Assembly: GCF_006345805.1 (NCBI RefSeq)
Contig: NW_021826364.1
Span: forward strand, 1-12,950
DNA length: 12,950 nt
Origin: Octopus sinensis
Taxonomy: Eukaryota
Direction: 5' to 3'
Both the position numbers and the translations under genes were made by a program. Below the pieces are notes generated by a model, which saw nothing but the letters and a program-made list of their open reading frames with translations, was not told the DNA's origin and did no database searches. This document shows, piece after piece, positions 1-8,320 of this stretch. Position 1 is the first letter of the stretch; each line of letters opens with the position of its first letter.

Positions 1-260
1 TAGATGTGGCTGCGAATGTTTTACCGTGTGTCGTGTATCGCCAGTCTTATGTTAAATGAGTGGAACTTTGATATGTCCGTATAAAACGCTTTCTATCATT
101 TAATTTCGTTTAATCTGAGTTTTGCTTTCATTTCAAGTCCAGATGGGCTTGAGTTTAGTGCCATTAACTTCGTCATCAATATAACAAATACCTGTAAAAT
201 AGTGGTATTGATTATATGGACTTTGAATAGATTCTTCCTAGTAAAAATGGGTCCTTAGTC

Positions 261-640
261 AAGCGAGGGAGTGGAAGTGCGTGGGAGGAAGATTAATAGA
301 AGGAGAGAGAAAGAGGGAAAGAGAGAGAGAGGGGTGAGAGAAATGCGGGGATGGAGTATGAGTAAGAGAAATAGAGGAGGAGTGTCTAATGAGAGAAAGA
401 GTGAGAAATGATTGGGAAGAAAGACAGTGATTGGATGAGAGAGGCAGACAGCTGAGGAAATGTGTGTGAGAGAGAGAGAGAGGGAAAAGAAGGGAAGAGA
501 AAGATAGAGGGAGGAGAAGGAGGAGAGAGCTGAAATGCATGTGAGACTAGTAAGCGAGGAAAGAGAAACTGGCGTAAGGGGATGAGTGGCAGCGAGTCAA
601 AAAGACAGAGAGGGAGGTAAAACTGAGAGAATGTGCAAAG
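261..640 (+). repeat. Polypurine (GA-rich) low-complexity tract
   Basis: Strong G/A skew with degenerate (GA)n runs, followed by (GT)n at ~648-670. It explains the spurious S/L-rich ORF 259..540. Confidence 0.85.
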
Positions 641-704
641 GATGCGAGTGTGTGTGTGTGTGTGTGTGTGTTTTATATATACAGTGAATGTATAACGATA
701 GGCG

Positions 705-851
705 CAAGTCCGCCGAGATGGACTTTGCCTTTCATCCTTTTAGGGTCGATAAATTAAGTACCAGTTGCATACTGGGGTCGATCTAATCGACTGGACCCGT
801 CCCCCAAAATTTCGGGCCTTGTGCTTAGAGTAGAAAAAAAAAACAAAAAAA
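705..851 (+). mobile_element. SINE family A, 5'-truncated copy with A-rich tail
   Basis: CCGCCGAGATGGACTTTGCCTTTCATCCTTTTAGGGTCGATAAATTAAGTACCAGTTGCATACTGGGGTCGATCTAATCGAC aligns by eye with the copies at 1747-1908, 3500-3710 and 10757-10900. It ends GTAG plus an A-rich tail. Confidence 0.85.
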
Positions 852-883
852 GATAGATACAAGTAGGTAAAATTTACATGTCG

Positions 884-916
<33 letters not shown>

Positions 917-922
917 GTATAT
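884..922. repeat. (TA)n/(TATG)n microsatellite
   Basis: Directly visible tandem di- and tetranucleotide repeat. Confidence 0.9.
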
Positions 923-923
923 G

Positions 924-1135
924 CTTTTATTCTTTTATTTGTTTCAGTCATTTGACTGCGGCCATACTGGAGCACCGCCTTTAGTCGAACAAATCAATCC
1001 CAGCACTTATTCTTTGTAAACCTAGTTCTTATTTATCCGTCTCTATTGCCGAACCGCTATGTTACGGGGGACGTAAACACACTAGCATCGATTGTCAAGC
1101 GATTTGGGGGAGGGGAGCAAACACAGTCACGCAAA
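924..1135 (-). mobile_element. SINE family B, 3' half, minus strand
   Basis: Reverse complement matches ~12327-12521 of the full-length copy (TTTCAGTCATTTGACTGCGGCCATACTGGAGCACCGCCTTTAGTCGA; GCCGAACCGCTATGTTACGGGGGACGTAAACAC). The tail reads (CTTTTATT)n on the plus strand. Confidence 0.88.
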
Positions 1136-1506
1136 CAATGGTCCAGTGGTTAGGGCATCGGACTCGCGGTCGTAGGATCGCGGTTTCGATTCTCAGACCG
1201 GGTGTTGTGAGTGTTTATTGAGTGAAAACACCTAAAGCTCCACGAGGCTCCGGCAGGGGCTTGTGGCGAACCTTGCTGTACTTTTTCACCACAACTTTCT
1301 TTCATTCTTTCTTCATGTTCTGTTGTACCTGTATTTCAAAGGACCAGCCTTGTCACACTCTGTGTCACGCTGAATCTCCCCGTGTCGCGTTGAATCACAC
1401 GTGTCTGTGGAGTGCTCAGCCACTTGCACGTTAATTTCACGAGTAGGCTGTTCCATTGATCAGATCAGCTGGAACCCTCGTCGTCGTAACCGACGGCGCG
1501 CCACAA
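1136..1506 (+). mobile_element. SINE family C, tRNA-derived, near full length
   Basis: Pol III A box TGGTCCAGTGG (1139-1149) and B box GGTTTCGATTC (1182-1192) at tRNA-like spacing, then ~300 bp of non-tRNA body ending CGTCGTAACCGACGGCGCGCCACAA. Only one copy in the window, so the boundaries rest partly on family recognition. Confidence 0.75.
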
Positions 1507-1755
1507 TATGGTTGTATGGTAAGAAGTTTGCTTCCCAGCCATATGGTTCTGGGTTCAGTCCCACTGCGTGGCACCTTGGGCAAGTTCTACAATAGCTCGG
1601 GCCAACCAAAACCTTGTGGATTTGATAGATAGAAACTAACAGAATCCCATCGTACATATGTGTGTGTGCGCGCGCGCGTGTGTGTATGCCTTTGTTTGTC
1701 CTCCACCACCGCTTGACAACCGGTGTAGATGTATTTATGTCCCCGTAACGTAGCG
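1507..1755 (+). mobile_element. SINE family B, 5' two-thirds, fused to a family A copy
   Basis: TGGTTGTATGGTAAG...GGTTCAGTCCCACTGCGTGGCACCTTGGGCAAG, internal (TG)/(CG) microsatellite, then GTTTGTCC...CCCCGTAACGTAGCG. Collinear with 12088-12388. Confidence 0.88.
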
Positions 1756-1907
1756 TGCCGGATAAAATGTTTCATGGCATTTCGTCCGTCTTTATGTTCT
1801 AAGTTCAAATTCCACCGAGGTCGACTTTCGGAGTCGATAAATTAAATAACAGTGAAACACTGGAGTCGATGTAATCGACTAGTTCCCTTATGCCTTTAGT
1901 AGAAAGG

Positions 1908-1908
<1 letters not shown>
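1747..1908 (+). mobile_element. SINE family A copy with internal deletions, followed by a (TAT)n tail
   Basis: ATTTCGTCCGTCTTTATGTTCTAAGTTCAAATTCCACCGAGGTCGACTTT matches 3551-3599. GTCGATGTAATCGAC hairpin at 1865-1879. It ends TAGTAGAAAGG, similar to the end of the 705-851 copy. Confidence 0.82.
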
Positions 1909-1941
<33 letters not shown>

Positions 1942-1951
1942 TATTATTATT
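1909..1951. repeat. (TAT)n microsatellite
   Basis: Directly visible. It is the probable SINE A tail and the insertion site of element D. Confidence 0.92.
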
Positions 1952-2149
1952 GAGTGAGAGAGCAGTGCATGCCATCAAAGTGAAACTGGGGTAAAATATA
2001 CGAAGCCCAATATACCCATCATAACTACCCGTCTGATAAGGGTACACCAGGCACATGCATCACAACCATATGTGCGCGACATGGTGATCTCATATCAAGA
2101 TAAACAGCGCATGACCTTGCAGGTGGGGCCCAGTTAGAATTTTCTTCTG
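1952..2149 (-). mobile_element. Element D, partial copy (198 bp)
   Basis: Direct repeat of 2169-2366 (offset 217) with 3 mismatches counted by eye, bounded by (TAT)n on both sides. The strand is inferred from a 5'-truncation model. Confidence 0.75.
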
Positions 2150-2168
2150 TATTATTATTATTATTATT

Positions 2169-2725
2169 GAGTGAGAGAGCAGTTCATGCCATCAAAGTGA
2201 CACTGGGGTAAAATATACGAAGCCCAATATACCCATCATAACTACCCGTCTGATAAGGGTACACCAAGCACATGCATCACAACCATATGTGCGCGACATG
2301 GTGATCTCATATCAAGATAAACAGCGCATGACCTTGCAGGTGGGGCCCAGTTAGAATTTTCTTCTGGTCAAGTAGCCTATCTCGCTGAAAAGGTCCCTGA
2401 ATAAGGATTGTTTAAGGATGTTGAACGAAACACCCATGTTTCCAGAGATGAACTATTCAAACCCCAAAGAATCCCTCTCAACACATGGCTATGATGCTCC
2501 CCCATTACTTCTGCTCGTGATCAGAAATGCACATATTGTCAGCCACTAAGGGACATGCTCAACTGGTTATGGTCAAACAACTGACAAGCAAATCTGTGGT
2601 ATTGAGCAGAATATTTGCTGTAGCCCATCTTTTATACCAAGACAAAACAATGTACATGATAACACTTCCAATCAGTTAAGATCAGAAGCCATGAGAGCCA
2701 CTGCCTGGTACTGCATCAGGGCATT
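2169..2725 (-). mobile_element. Element D, ~555-bp non-coding interspersed element embedded in (TAA)n
   Basis: Complex sequence sharply bounded by (TAT)n at 2150-2168 and 2725-2812, with a partial second copy adjacent. No credible ORF and no clear A/B box seen. The strand is inferred. Confidence 0.7.
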
Positions 2726-2784
2726 TATTATTATTATTATTAATATTATTATTATTAATATTATTATTATTATTATTATTATTA

Positions 2785-2812
<28 letters not shown>
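2725..2812. repeat. (TAT)n microsatellite, i.e. the (TAA)n tail or target of the minus-strand LINE
   Basis: Directly visible, and abuts the LINE 3' UTR. Confidence 0.92.
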
Positions 2813-2815
<3 letters not shown>

Positions 2816-3480
2816 TAGTATACTTTTTATATCGTGCTTTCATTTCACTACCGAGCGCAGCTCTGTGTGCCTTGGGTATGTGCTGTGATTTGTTGTGATG
2901 CTCTGATGGTTATTGTATGGAAAGTGTTCTGCGTAGGATGTGTGCAGTGCCTAGTAGTGCAATTTTCTGTATGTTATATGTGTTTGTAAGTCCTGGTGTT
3001 TTTGTTATGTATTTGTCTGAATATATTTTTATCATGCCTAATGCACCTATTATGATAGGAATTGTTTCTGTTTTTAGATTCCACATTCTGGTTACCTCTA
3101 TTTCCAGGTCTTTGTATTTTGAGAGTTTCTCCATTTCTTTTAGAGACACGTTGTCATCCGCTGGTATTGATACATCAATTAGAAAACATTTTTTTCTTCA
3201 TGATCTCTGACAACTATATCTGGTCTGTTGGCCTTAATTTCTCTATGTGTGTGTATCGGCATATCCCAGAGTATGGTTGCTTTCTCGTTTTCTGTGACCT
3301 TTTCTGGTGTGTGCCTATACCATCTTTTTTCTGTTGTTATTCCATAATGTTGGCATAGCTTCCAATGTATGTAGGTTCCAACTCTGTCATGTCTGTGAAT
3401 ATATTCCTTCTTAGCCAGGACTGGGCAGCTAGAGATAATATGATTTATTGTTTCTTGTCCATCTTCACATATTCTGCAGT
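2813..3480 (-). mobile_element. 5'-truncated R4/Dong-like (R2-group, RLE-type) non-LTR retrotransposon
   Basis: Minus-strand coding remnant 3478-2910, then a ~97-bp 3' UTR ending in (TAA)n. CCHC, RHD and PD..D..K motifs typify RLE LINEs, and Dong elements are known to target TAA repeats. Confidence 0.9.
2910..3478 (-). pseudogene. LINE ORF C-terminus: CCHC zinc knuckle plus restriction-like endonuclease, with one frameshift
   Basis: Hand translation: CRICEDGQETINHIISSCPVLAKKEYIHRHDRVGTYIHWKLCQHYGITTEKRWYRHTPEKVTENEKATILWDMPIHTHREIKANRPDIVVRDHEEK / frameshift in T7 run 3189-3195 / CFLIDVSIPADDNVSLKEMEKLSKYKDLEIEVTRMWNLKTETIPIIIGALG...LSIQ*. Confidence 0.9.
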
Positions 3481-3499
3481 AATATAGAAAAAGTAAAAA

Positions 3500-3710
3500 G
3501 GCAGCGAGCTGGTAGAATCGTTAGCACACCGGGTGAAAAGCTTAGCGGCGTTTCGTCCGTCTTTACGTTCTGAGTTCAAATTCTCCCGAGGTCGACTTTA
3601 TCTCCTATCCTTTCGGCATTGATAAAATATACACCAGTTGAACATTAGGGTCGATATACTCGACTTAATCTTTACGCTGAACTTGCTGGCCTTGTGCAAA
3701 AAATCCGGAA
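3500..3710 (+). mobile_element. SINE family A, full length, diverged
   Basis: Head GGCAGCGAGCTGGTAGAATCGTTAGC, B box GAGTTCAAATT (3572-3582), GAGGTCGACTTT, hairpin at 3650-3664, 3' end GCTGGCCTTGTGCAAAA. Collinear with 10757-10900. Confidence 0.85.
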
Positions 3711-3820
3711 CCTTCCGGGTCGATAGAATAAGTACCAGTTGTCTAATGAGGTCGATGTAATCGACTTACGTCCTCCCGCCAAACTTTCTGGCCTAGGGCC
3801 AAAACTTGGAACTAGTATTT
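3711..3820 (+). mobile_element. SINE family A, second 3' half in tandem
   Basis: CCTTCCGGGTCGATAGAATAAGTACCAGTT...GGTCGATGTAATCGACTTA...CTGGCCTAGGGCCAAAA repeats the 3' half of the preceding copy. Confidence 0.8.
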
Positions 3821-3830
3821 AGTTCATCAA

Positions 3831-3905
3831 GACAAAAATGGCCGAGTGGATACGGTATTGGACTACAAGTCCTGAAACCATGAGTTCAAATACGCTAGAG
3901 GCCGT
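3831..3905 (+). mobile_element. tRNA-like head (old SINE or tRNA pseudogene); 3' extent unknown
   Basis: A box TGGCCGAGTGG (3839-3849), anticodon-arm-like GGAC-TACAA-GTCC and B box GAGTTCAAAT (3882-3891). No acceptor stem seen. Confidence 0.5.
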
Positions 3906-4116
3906 TTATGTGTCTTTGCGTTACATGTTTAGTTTTTTGTCTCACGTTTATCTGTTCAAATCTGGTCTGACTCTCGAAAAGGTGGATCAAAATATTTTAT
4001 CAGTGGAAACAGCACATATTCTGTAGAAATAGTATTCTGGAAAAATATTTCTGTCTCGTGAGAATTTCGGCTCTTTCATTGGGTTTTATCAAAAAACGTT
4101 TGGTGTAAGTTCTAAG

Positions 4117-4463
4117 CAGTGAAGGCACATGGCTCAGTGGTTAGGGTGTCGAACTTACGACCGTGAGGTTGTGATTTCGAATCCCGGACCGGGCTGCGTG
4201 TCGTGTCCTTGAGCAAGACACTTTATTTCACGTTGCTCCAGTTTACTCAGCTGTAGAAATGAGTTGCGACGTCACTAGTGCCAAGTTGTATTGGCCCCTT
4301 TGCTTTTCCCTTGGATAACATCGGTGGAGTGGAGAATATAGGCCGGTATGCATGGGCGACTGCTGGTCTTCCGGGAACAACCGTGCCCGGACTTGTACTT
4401 AGGAGGGTAACTTTTTTGGTGCAATCTCATGGTTATTCATGACCGAAGGGGGTCTCCTCTCCG
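4117..4463 (+). mobile_element. Full-length CORE-type tRNA SINE (family E) with a 10-bp target-site duplication
   Basis: A box TGGCTCAGTGG (4130-4140) and B-box-like GATTTCGAATCC (4173-4184). CORE-like GTGTCCTTGAGCAAGACACTTTATTTCACGTTGCTCCAGTTTACTCAGCTGTAGAAATGAG at ~4203-4263. AAGTTCTAAG occurs at both 4107-4116 and 4464-4473. Confidence 0.9.
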
Positions 4464-5235
4464 AAGTTCTAAGGGAACTGAAACTAGGACTTGAATAATG
4501 TTATGCTACTGGTATCTTTTCGGAAAGGTATGAAGGCCATAACTTCTTAAATGTACTCCTTTTAAAAGGTATTTGGCTTTGGTTTCATGTTTGCGTCAAA
4601 AAAAAAAAAAATATATCTACAATACAAAAATATCTTTATTTTAGCTTCAGAAGTAAAAATACCGAAGAGAAATTATATTTTCCATGGTCGAATAATTTCA
4701 GTATTAATAAGCATATCGTTTTCCCTTTAGGGGTTTTGTATAGCATTTTGTTCGTTTACAACAATTGCATGTTTTAAAGGAGGATATGTAAGTACTGGAT
4801 CGTGCAACCAGGAGATTTGGGCAACGATTAGCAGCTGTTATAACATGCTTTCAGATAAGAACAACAAGAGCAACAATAATTTTTTAGAATAGTTTGTGTG
4901 TGGCATGGAATATAATTAGTCCAGCGAGAAAGTCGATTAGATGTATATGAAATACAGTTAGCAACTTTTCATTCGGCAACACAAAACTACTCGGCAAAGG
5001 AAATACGAAAGTTCGTCACGCAAACATTTCGTTGTTCTTGAAGATAGTTAAGATGCCAAGAGAATATTTCAACAAAGAAAATCAATAGCAAGAAATGTGA
5101 CTTTTGTTTTGTGACTTTAGCTGTTTGTTTCCATTAAACACCTCTCGTGTGCAAGAAAATTCCACGTACATTTCGGAAAATAAACTACTAATTTACATGT
5201 GTCTATCTTGCAAAGATGGTCATTTGTGCTTTCTC

Positions 5236-5340
5236 GTTGTTATCTTCTTGCTGTCGTTGTTGTTGCAAATGTTGCTGTTGTTGTTTTTGCTGTTGCTGTT
5301 GTTGCTGCTGCTATTATTGTTGTTGTTGTTGCTGTTGATG
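5236..5340. repeat. Imperfect (TTG/CTG)n trinucleotide repeat
   Basis: Directly visible. It produces the poly-Leu in ORF 5104..5400. Confidence 0.88.
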
Positions 5341-6009
5341 TTTGTGAAAGATGGCGAGGACGATGTTGGTGCTAAGAAAGGCAGCGGAGTTTCGTGTTAG
5401 TTGGAAACATTATTTTAAATTCTAAAGAAAGCAAACTATAGCAATCGCCTTGCAACACTCATTTGAATAATGGCGTTGGCCTTTTGACTCGCAGAATTGC
5501 AAATTCGTCCTCTATTACCGGCATTATTTTATAACGTCCAGTTTATAATCGGTGTTGCAGTTTCTGTGTTCAAATTGTGCCATAGCATACTCAGAGAAAA
5601 GAAAACAGAACCTGTGGTTGTTTTTAGGGTCTCCGAGATGGGTCGAAGGAAGGAGGAACGAAATGAGGCTATTTCGCTGTTAAAAAATCGTTTAAATTTT
5701 AAGGGTTAATCTACTTCTAGCTCCAAAAAGGCACGAAATGAGATGCTCTAAAAGCAGCCAGAGGGTTAGATGTTACATGAAGCAGGATGGCAAACTAACA
5801 CTGTAGCAGGTTTAACAATGAACTTCGAACGCCCCCGTCAAAGAAATAAAAAAAAGGAAAAACCTTGAAAAAAGAACGGAATATAAACGTTAAGGGGTCA
5901 GCTACTCATAGCTGTAAACAGGAACAAAGTAGTCTGCTCTAAATGCAACCAAAGGATCAGTCGTTATTAAATCAGATGGTGGATTAAAGCTAATCACTGG
6001 TTTAACATC

Positions 6010-6146
6010 GGCGAAGACATGGTAAGTTTACTTCCAAATAACATGGTCCCGGGTTCAGTCCCAATGCATGGCACTTTGAGAAAGTGCCCTCTACTATAGC
6101 CTTGTGTCGGCCAAAGCCTCGTGAGTGGGTATGGTAAACAGAAACT
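6010..6146 (+). mobile_element. SINE family B, 5' half, diverged
   Basis: ACATGGTCCCGGGTTCAGTCCCAATGCATGGCACTTTGAGAAAGTG...CTACTATAGCC...CCAAAGCCTCGTGAGTGG matches 12121-12226. It breaks off at (TA)n. Confidence 0.82.
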
Positions 6147-6189
6147 ATATATATATAGAGAGACGGCATGAGAGGCATTGTTTATTGGG

Positions 6190-6244
<55 letters not shown>

Positions 6245-6246
6245 AT

Positions 6247-6277
<31 letters not shown>

Positions 6278-6280
6278 AGA
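6146..6280. repeat. (TA)n/(GA)n compound microsatellite containing a 29-bp copy of the LINE 5' junction
   Basis: CGGCATGAGAGGCATTGTTTATTGGGGTC occurs at 6164-6192 and 6281-6309, each preceded by (TA)n(GA)n. Confidence 0.9.
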
Positions 6281-6782
6281 CGGCATGAGAGGCATTGTTT
6301 ATTGGGGTCGACTAAAAAAACTCAATCCCTACTCTCTCCAAAGCCACCGGGAGGGCTACATCATTTTTGTGAAGTGGAAAATATTCCATCAATATTGCAC
6401 AAATGATGTTGGCATCAATTTTAAAATCCATCCCAGTCTTGGCCCCCGTGCTATCCGCCCACTACAAAAATCCAACTCGGTACACATAGCAACAGTACGT
6501 CACAACTACTTTACCTCAACCGGTCCAGCTCTCTTTAATACCATACCAAAATACGTCAAAACGGAAACGGATCCCATAGAATTCAAATGTTCACTGGACA
6601 AATTTCTTCAAAAAATCCCGGACCAACCTCCTACACTCGGATATGTCTCCAATAATAATAACTCTTTGCTAGAGTGGGCTATGGTGTCCCATATATGGCT
6701 AAAAGACTTCACCAGGGGTGCTATTGAGTTAGACATTGCCTGGGCCTATACTGGCCGAAACCTTTCAAAGTTATCAAAGTTT
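6281..6782 (+). mobile_element. 5'-truncated CR1/L2(Jockey-group)-like LINE: post-RT C-terminus and 3' UTR
   Basis: ORF 6285..6815 contains YWGRLKKLNPYSLQSHREGY (compare YxxRLxxLxLxSLxxRR), GPALFNTIP, FKCSLDKFLQKIPDQP and NSL. The tail is TCAAAGTTATCAAAGTT followed by (TA)n. The clade assignment is approximate. Confidence 0.8.
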
Positions 6783-6805
<23 letters not shown>

Positions 6806-6814
<9 letters not shown>

Positions 6815-6960
6815 ATTTAGGGTATCTAAGAGATACCACCATGCTGGAAATAGCAGTCAAAACTTGACTCTAAAACCACATTTAATGTGGTTTTAGTGTC
6901 AAGTTTTGGCAGCTATTTTCAGCATGGTGATATCTCTTAGATACCCTAAATTATAATTTT
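6806..6960. repeat. 155-bp near-perfect palindrome (77-bp arms, 1-nt centre)
   Basis: 6806-6882 is the reverse complement of 6884-6960 with 5 mismatches. The centre is at 6883. Confidence 0.95.
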
Positions 6961-7312
6961 GATAATAATAATTACCTTTGAAGGTTTTTATTCCCATGCT
7001 GACCACTTGATAAGATCGATATTTAAATTAACTATCTTATCCTTATTTATATAAATCTCTATATATATATATATAGTCATCTACTTGGTAGTAAAGTAGT
7101 GAAGGAAAGCATCTTGTTTTAACCATCAGGCTTTAATTCTTAAGAAAGTCTCGCAGAAGGTCTTGTGTAATCCTATATATCGTGATAAATTTTAGCGTAT
7201 GAATCAAGGATTTGTGTTCTCTCTTCAAGATTCCAACTTCGGTCATACTTTGCTTCAGATGGGTTGCTACATATCCTGTTGTTCCAGTTCAAAAGATATG
7301 AAGCTGAAAGTG

Positions 7313-7315
<3 letters not shown>

Positions 7316-7401
<86 letters not shown>

Positions 7402-7424
7402 CGCGCGCGCGTGTGTGTGTGTAT
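7316..7424. repeat. (TA)n(TG)n(CG)n(TG)n compound microsatellite
   Basis: Directly visible alternating purine-pyrimidine tract of ~109 bp. Confidence 0.95.
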
Positions 7425-7825
7425 AAGACAGACAATCGCAATGATATTCCCAAAATGGTATTTATTCTGTTTAATAGCTTATGCCCATGACCCACCTGGA
7501 AACATCGTGCACCATGTAATTATTACATAATTAATTGTAGTTAATATTTTTTTAATTAATTCATTAATTTATTTATTATAAATTAATTGAAAAAAAAATT
7601 AATTTAATTTAGCGTGGAAGTCATTTCACCAGGAACGTTTTTGAAATATGAGAATCAAATTTTATTCTATGCTTAAGAATGCAGTCGGATGGTTTCTGCC
7701 GAGTGCTGCAAGGCAGGAATGAGATTTAGTGTTGCGAAGGCTCGCACACTGGTCCTCTCAAGAAAATCTGAAACCACGCTGTTTCATTCAGGTTGTTTAA
7801 CATGGCTCCATGTTTATTTAACATG

Positions 7826-8066
7826 TGGGTGTATCACTAAGAGGTTTGCTTCCCAACCACATGGTTTTGGGATCAGTCCCCTGTGTGGTATCCTAGGCAA
7901 GTGTATTCTACTACTAAACGGAAACTACGAGGAAGCTCGCCGTATATATCTATATGTGTGTCTTTGCATCTTTGTGGCTATGCTTGTCACCCCACAGCAT
8001 TTCACTACCGATCATGGTTTGTTTACGTTCCTGTAACTTAACGGTTCGGCAATAACACCGATAAGA
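7826..8066 (+). mobile_element. SINE family B, old copy, internally deleted and 3'-truncated
   Basis: TTTGCTTCCCAACCACATGGTTTTGGGATCAGTCCC...GGCAAGTGT...AACGGAAACT...GTTTACGTTCCTGTAACTTAACGGTTCGGCAA is collinear with 12090-12412. Confidence 0.8.
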
Positions 8067-8068
8067 TA

Positions 8069-8320
8069 TTCTTTTATTCTTTTATTTGTTTCATCCATTT
8101 AACTGCGACCATGCTGGAGTACAATCTTAACAGGTTTTAGTCGAACAAATCGACTTATTCTTTGTAAGCCTAGTACTTATTTTATCCGTCACCTTTGCTG
8201 AACTGCTAAGTTACGGAGACGTAAACACACCAATATCGGTTGTGAAGCGATGGTGGGGGACAAACACAGACACACACATACACGCACGCGCACACACATG
8301 CACATATACGACGGGCTTCT
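8069..8320 (-). mobile_element. SINE family B, 3' portion, minus strand
   Basis: Closely similar to 924-1135. It runs through the internal (CA)n to TATACGACGGGCTTCT, the reverse complement of 12229-12244. Confidence 0.87.

Noticed and set aside
259-540. 93-aa ORF with a signal-peptide-like N-terminus
   Set aside because: It is the reverse complement of the GA-rich tract, and its composition is explained by low complexity.
1136-1205. Functional tRNA genes here and at 4121-4195
   Set aside because: A/B boxes are present, but there is no proper acceptor stem or terminator and the sequence continues into SINE bodies.
2660-2725. HDV-like ribozyme at the putative 5' end of element D (minus strand GGC-TCTCATG-GCT)
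   Set aside because: Only a P3/L3-like hairpin fits. P1 needs a bulge, and P1.1, P2 and J4/2 could not be placed.
2917-3358. Plus-strand ORFs 2917..3210 and 3062..3358
   Set aside because: They are antisense shadows of the minus-strand LINE ORF.
5104-5400. Poly-Leu ORF (plus) or poly-Gln/Asn ORF (minus)
   Set aside because: It derives from the (TTG/CTG)n repeat. The minus-strand frames are closed by nearby stops and show no domain.
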